From NCBI GenBank assembly GCA_963816275.1, contig CAWFJU010000008.1, positions 78,111 through 142,110 on the forward strand: a stretch of DNA of 64,000 bases, written 5' to 3'. Below the pieces are notes generated by a model that saw nothing but the letters and a program-made list of their open reading frames with translations, had not been told where the DNA came from and ran no database searches. The position numbers and the translations under genes are program-made. This document shows, piece by piece, positions 60,168 through 64,000 of this stretch (within the stretch, counting starts at the first letter, position 1; each line of letters begins with the position of its first letter). The stretch comes from an uncultured Actinomycetes bacterium. Its GTDB lineage: Bacteria > Actinomycetota > UBA4738 > HRBIN12.

Positions 60168-62314
60168 CGCGTGACCATACGCCCTTCGATGGCGATCGGG
60201 AGTCGGCCGGTGACCGTCGTGCCCGATCCATCCGCGCTCTCGACCTCGAGCGCGCCGTCGAGCGCGCCGAGCCGGTCGGCGATGCCCTGGAGCCCGGTGC
60301 CGAACCCGACCGAGCCGGGGTCGAAGCCGTGGCCGTCGTCGGTCACGGAGAATCGCAGCGACCCGTCGTGCGTCCGGATCGCTACGGTGGCCTCGGAGGC
60401 CTCCGCGTACTTCGCGACGTTCTGGAGGGCCTCCAGCGTCGAGAAGTAGACGGCCGCCTCGATCTCCTGGGAGAACCGTCCGACGCCCACGGCCTTCACC
60501 GTGACCGGGATCGGCGACTTGCGCGCCTGCGCGGTGAGCGCCGCCTCGAGGCCCTTGTCGGCCAGGAGGGGCGGGTAGATCCCGCGGGCGAGGTCGCGGA
60601 GGTCCTCGAGCGCGGACTGCGTCTCGGACTCGATCTGCTCGAGCATCTCGGCCGCCTTGGCCGGATCACGATCGGTGAGCGCCCGGGTCAGACGCGCCTT
60701 CACGGCGAGCGCTACGAGCTGCTGCTGGGCGCCGTCGTGGATGTTGCGTTCGAGCTTGCGCCGCTCCTCGTCCTGGGCGGCGACGAGACGCTTCTGCGCG
60801 GCCTTCAGGTCCTCCAGTCGGAGCTTCAGTTCCTCCGTGAGACGAACGTTGCGCAGCACGAGCCCGGCCTGCGAGGCGAGCCCGGAGATCAGCTTCTCGT
60901 CGGCCGGCGAGATCGGATCACTCGCAGGCTTGCGCACGGCGAGGGCACCGAGCACGTCCCCACCTTGCTCGACGAGACTCACACGGTCCATGTCCGCTAT
61001 CGCGGGCGCGCCGGCGTTCGGGAGCGGTACCGCGTCGGTACCGCTGGCGTCCTCGGGCCACGCAGCCACGTGCCGCAGCTCCGCGCCGACGGCGAGCCAG
61101 ACGTCGCTCCGCTCGGCGCCGACCCCCTCGCCGAGCACACGCGCCATCCGCGGGAGGACGTCCACCTCGGCGTACGCCTCGCCGACCCGCTCGGAGAAGT
61201 CGGTGAGGATCTCGTAGGGCGTGGCGCGCTTCCCGTACACGACCCGGTTCGCGAACCGGCTGAGCCGCTCACGGACCGGCTGGAACGTCACCGCGACGAT
61301 CACCGCCGCGACCATCGTCAGGAACGAGCTGCCCTTCCCCAGCCAGGTCCCGAGCCCGACCACGAGCCCGAGGTAGACGAGGGTGGCGAACACCGCGAGG
61401 GCGGCGTAGACGACAGCCTTCTTGACGACGACGTCCAGGTCGTAGAGGTGGAAGCGCAGGACCGAGATGCCGATCGAGATCGGGAACATCATGAAGGCGA
61501 TCCCCCCGATCAGTCCGTTCAGGGCAGGATCCGTGATCGGCATGCTGACGATGAGCAGCACGAGCCCGCTCAGGAACCCGAACGCCGCCCATTTGATCTG
61601 CTGGCGCTCGATGCCCGACGATCGCCGGAACCGCCGGAAGAGCGAGTAGAGCGTCAGCCCGAAGAGCAATGGGAAGCTGAGGCCGACCACCGGGTCGAGC
61701 GACGGGAGATCCCCGATCGCCGGCACGTAGAGAGGGTTCGCGATCCCCACGTCGCCCGATCCTGTGAGGGTCTCCTGTCCGAAGACGAGCGAGACCGCGA
61801 GGAGCCCGAGGAAGGCGACGACGAACCACACGTACACACGCCACCGCCGAGAGGGCAAACGGCCGTCGGGGAACAGCAGGGGAAGGAAGAAGACGACCGG
61901 CAAGATGCCGAGCAGCCAGCCGAAGTTGTTCAGGTACCCCACGAGCAGGACGAGCGGCCCCTCGCGTCCCTCGTTGACGAACCACGTCAGGAGCTCCCCG
62001 GAGACGAAGGCGACCCCCGTGACCACGGCCGACCAGAGGAGCATGAGACCGATGACGTTGCGGCCATCGCGGCTCACGATCAGGGCGCCGACCACGGCGA
62101 ACATCCCGAACGCCACGAGGTACGAGACCTGCCCGACCATGGACTCGCCGTTGACGACGACGAGGATCGTCCCCGAGGTGGCGAGAGCCGCGAACAGGAC
62201 GACCAGGAGCCACGGCCAGCGCGCGGGCGCTGCCGGGAGGGTGGTCTCGCTCGCCGTCGGGCCGACCTCGTCGAGGGCGGAACCCGCTGGTCGCTCGGCG
62301 GCGTCGGCGCGCAT
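60164..62314 (-). CDS. multi-TM sensor histidine kinase, NarL-type (HisKA_3 + HATPase_c)
   Basis: Intact 716 aa. It has about 8 TM helices and a GAF-like linker. The DHp region is ERRKLERNIHDGAQQQLVAL, followed by the ATPase blocks (EALQNVAKYA, DDGHGFD, GTGLQG). Confidence 0.88.
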   Translation of the reverse strand: MRADAAERPAGSALDEVGPTASETTLPAAPARWPWLLVVLFAALATSGTILVVVNGESMVGQVSYLVAFGMFAVVGALIVSRDGRNVIGLMLLWSAVVTGVAFVSGELLTWFVNEGREGPLVLLVGYLNNFGWLLGILPVVFFLPLLFPDGRLPSRRWRVYVWFVVAFLGLLAVSLVFGQETLTGSGDVGIANPLYVPAIGDLPSLDPVVGLSFPLLFGLTLYSLFRRFRRSSGIERQQIKWAAFGFLSGLVLLIVSMPITDPALNGLIGGIAFMMFPISIGISVLRFHLYDLDVVVKKAVVYAALAVFATLVYLGLVVGLGTWLGKGSSFLTMVAAVIVAVTFQPVRERLSRFANRVVYGKRATPYEILTDFSERVGEAYAEVDVLPRMARVLGEGVGAERSDVWLAVGAELRHVAAWPEDASGTDAVPLPNAGAPAIADMDRVSLVEQGGDVLGALAVRKPASDPISPADEKLISGLASQAGLVLRNVRLTEELKLRLEDLKAAQKRLVAAQDEERRKLERNIHDGAQQQLVALAVKARLTRALTDRDPAKAAEMLEQIESETQSALEDLRDLARGIYPPLLADKGLEAALTAQARKSPIPVTVKAVGVGRFSQEIEAAVYFSTLEALQNVAKYAEASEATVAIRTHDGSLRFSVTDDGHGFDPGSVGFGTGLQGIADRLGALDGALEVESADGSGTTVTGRLPIAIEGRMVTR
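60517..60787 (-). repeat. 271-bp segment 97% identical to 62658..62928 (DHp domain of the tandem kinases)
   Basis: The ungapped alignment at offset 2141 has 8 mismatches in 271 nt. The flanks drop to roughly 75-80% identity or less. Confidence 0.9.
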
Positions 62315-64000
62315 CAGCGCACCGCCTCCACGCGAACCGGGACACGGCCGTCCACGGTGGTGCCGTCGCCGGGGCGCGAGGTGACCGAAAGACTGCCGTC
62401 GAGCGCCGCGAGCCGATCCTCCATCCCTTGCAGGCCGGTCCCGTAACCGGTCGCGTCCGTTTCGAACCCTCGCCCGTCGTCGTGCACCCGGAACGTGAGC
62501 GCGTCCGCATCACGACCGAGACGGACCTCGGCGTGCCGCGCCTCCGCGTACTTCGCGACGTTCTGGAGCGCCTCGAGCACCGAGAAGTACACCGCGGCCT
62601 CCACCTCCTGCGGGTAGCGCCCGATCCCGTCGCCCGTCACGGTGACGGGGACCGGAGACTTGCGCGCCTGCGCGGTGAGCGCGGCCTCGAGGCCCTTGTC
62701 GGCCAGGAGGGGCGGGTAGATCCCGCGCGCGAGGTCGCGGAGGTCCTCGAGCGCGGACTGCGTCTCGGACTCGATCTGCTCGAGCATCTCGGCCGCCTTG
62801 GCCGGATCGCGATCGGTGAGCGCCCGGGTCAGGCGAGCCTTCACGGCGAGCGCCACGAGCTGTTGCTGGGCGCCGTCGTGGATGTTGCGTTCGAGCTTGC
62901 GCCGCTCCTCATCCTGGGCGGCGACGAGCCGCCGCCGCGATCTCCGGAGATCCTCGACCAGCCGGACGTTCCGCAGCACCAACCCCGCTTGGGCCGCGAG
63001 GTCGGCGACCAGCTTCTCCTTGGCAGGGTCCATCGGATCGTTCGCCGGCATGGCCACTGAGAGCGCCCCGAGGAGATCCCCCTGATGCCGAACCTCGGCG
63101 AGGTGATCGTCGGGCCGCTCACGGCTCGCATCGGGCGGATAGACCGCGACCGGCCGGAACCCCCCGCCCTCGGCGAGCCACACGCGCGCACGATCGGCGC
63201 CGACGCCCTCGGCGAGGACCCGCGCGGTCCTTGGAAGCACGTCGTCGGCCGAGTAGGTCTCCGCGAGCTGGTCGCCGAACGCCGCGAGCACCTCGTACGG
63301 CGTGGCCCGATCGCCGTAGACGAGCCGGTCGGCGAACCGGCGTGCGCGGGTGAGCACCGGCTGGAAGAGGGTGGCCACGATGGCCGCGGCCGCGAACGAG
63401 AGCGCCGTGTTGCTGGAGCCCTCGACGAGCGCTCCGACGCCGCCCACGACGAGCGCGTACACGAGCACGAAGAACGCCGCGAGCACGGCGAGGATCACGG
63501 TCTTCTTGATCACGACGTCGATGTCGTAGAGCCGGTACTTCAGGATCGCGATCCCGATCGAAACGGGGATCGCCGCGTAGAAGCAGAGCACGATCGCGGT
63601 GACGACCGTGTCGGTCTCCACGGACACACCCAGCAGTTGCGCCAGGATGCCGAGCAGCCAGGCCGAGATGAACACGACAGCCCCGACCGCGATCCAGCGG
63701 ATCTGGCGTCGCTCGTCGGCCGTCGTGTGACGCGCGCGCACGAAGAGCGACGCGATCGACAGGATCGCGCAGATCGCGAGTCCGATCAGCCCCGCCAACC
63801 CGATCAACGCGAGGCGCTCGTTCGCGACCGGGTTGTCGGGGGTCTCGGGCGAGAACAGGAGCCCGACGCTCAACACGACCATCGCGGTGGTGGCCAGGCG
63901 GGACACCCATCGCCACTTCGGCGACGGGAGACGACCGTTCGGCAGGCGCAACGGCAGGTGCGTCGCCATCAACCCGAAGGCGGGGACCCACCCCCATGAC
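62314..64000 (-). CDS. paralogous multi-TM NarL-type sensor histidine kinase (5' end beyond the window)
   Basis: The frame stays open to position 64000 (...SWGWVPAFGLMATHLPLRLPNGRLPSPKW aligns with the mid-TM region of the downstream paralog). The DHp sequence is identical to the paralog. The stop overlaps the downstream start (TGATG). Confidence 0.85.
   Translation of the reverse strand, partial: SWGWVPAFGLMATHLPLRLPNGRLPSPKWRWVSRLATTAMVVLSVGLLFSPETPDNPVANERLALIGLAGLIGLAICAILSIASLFVRARHTTADERRQIRWIAVGAVVFISAWLLGILAQLLGVSVETDTVVTAIVLCFYAAIPVSIGIAILKYRLYDIDVVIKKTVILAVLAAFFVLVYALVVGGVGALVEGSSNTALSFAAAAIVATLFQPVLTRARRFADRLVYGDRATPYEVLAAFGDQLAETYSADDVLPRTARVLAEGVGADRARVWLAEGGGFRPVAVYPPDASRERPDDHLAEVRHQGDLLGALSVAMPANDPMDPAKEKLVADLAAQAGLVLRNVRLVEDLRRSRRRLVAAQDEERRKLERNIHDGAQQQLVALAVKARLTRALTDRDPAKAAEMLEQIESETQSALEDLRDLARGIYPPLLADKGLEAALTAQARKSPVPVTVTGDGIGRYPQEVEAAVYFSVLEALQNVAKYAEARHAEVRLGRDADALTFRVHDDGRGFETDATGYGTGLQGMEDRLAALDGSLSVTSRPGDGTTVDGRVPVRVEAVR
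62658..62928 (-). repeat. partner copy of the 271-bp near-identical segment
   Basis: See 60517..60787. Confidence 0.9.

Overview
This is a 64-kb chromosomal segment from a very high-GC (about 70%) Actinomycetota-like genome, with no mobile elements, CRISPR arrays or rRNA genes. About 65 protein genes and two tRNA-Thr genes are supported.

The gene order matches conserved actinobacterial housekeeping neighbourhoods:
- radA-carD-(PIN/TRAM)-ispD-ispF-rlmB.
- clpC ... lysS-coaX-panC-(DUF2520)-folK-folB-folP-folE-ftsH-hpt-tilS-(DUF2342 metalloprotease).
- A stand-alone groEL preceded by a perfect CIRCE operator.

Several genes expected from Mycobacterium or Streptomyces synteny are missing: panD, lsr2, disA and cysS. 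Unrelated genes sit in the panD and lsr2 slots, which suggests a deep-branching actinobacterial lineage.

Observations most worth follow-up:
1. A tight five-gene operon, DsrE - TusA - sulfide:quinone oxidoreductase - TusA - DsrE2-like. No persulfide dioxygenase, rhodanese or regulator is present nearby.
2. An uncharacterised 148-aa ORF translationally coupled between panC and coaX, exactly where panD normally sits.
3. An alpha/beta-hydrolase-fold gene coupled on both sides inside folP-X-folB-folK, with the nucleophile position occupied by Gly. A HAD hydrolase also lies next to folE.
4. Two tandem NarL-type sensor kinases that share a 271-bp, 97%-identical patch covering the whole DHp/phospho-His domain. 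A tiny membrane protein is coupled downstream and no response regulator is adjacent.
5. A shared N-terminal zinc-ribbon module (CLRCDWEG-x8-CPSCG) in two membrane proteins, one of them in an ECF sigma operon.
6. About 28 reading-frame disruptions in the first 18 kb, interrupted by a clean 5.4-kb block, against only 1-2 in the remaining 46 kb. This is either heterogeneous assembly or polishing quality, or real block-wise pseudogenisation.

All functional calls come from reading the translations and recalling family motifs. No database search was run.
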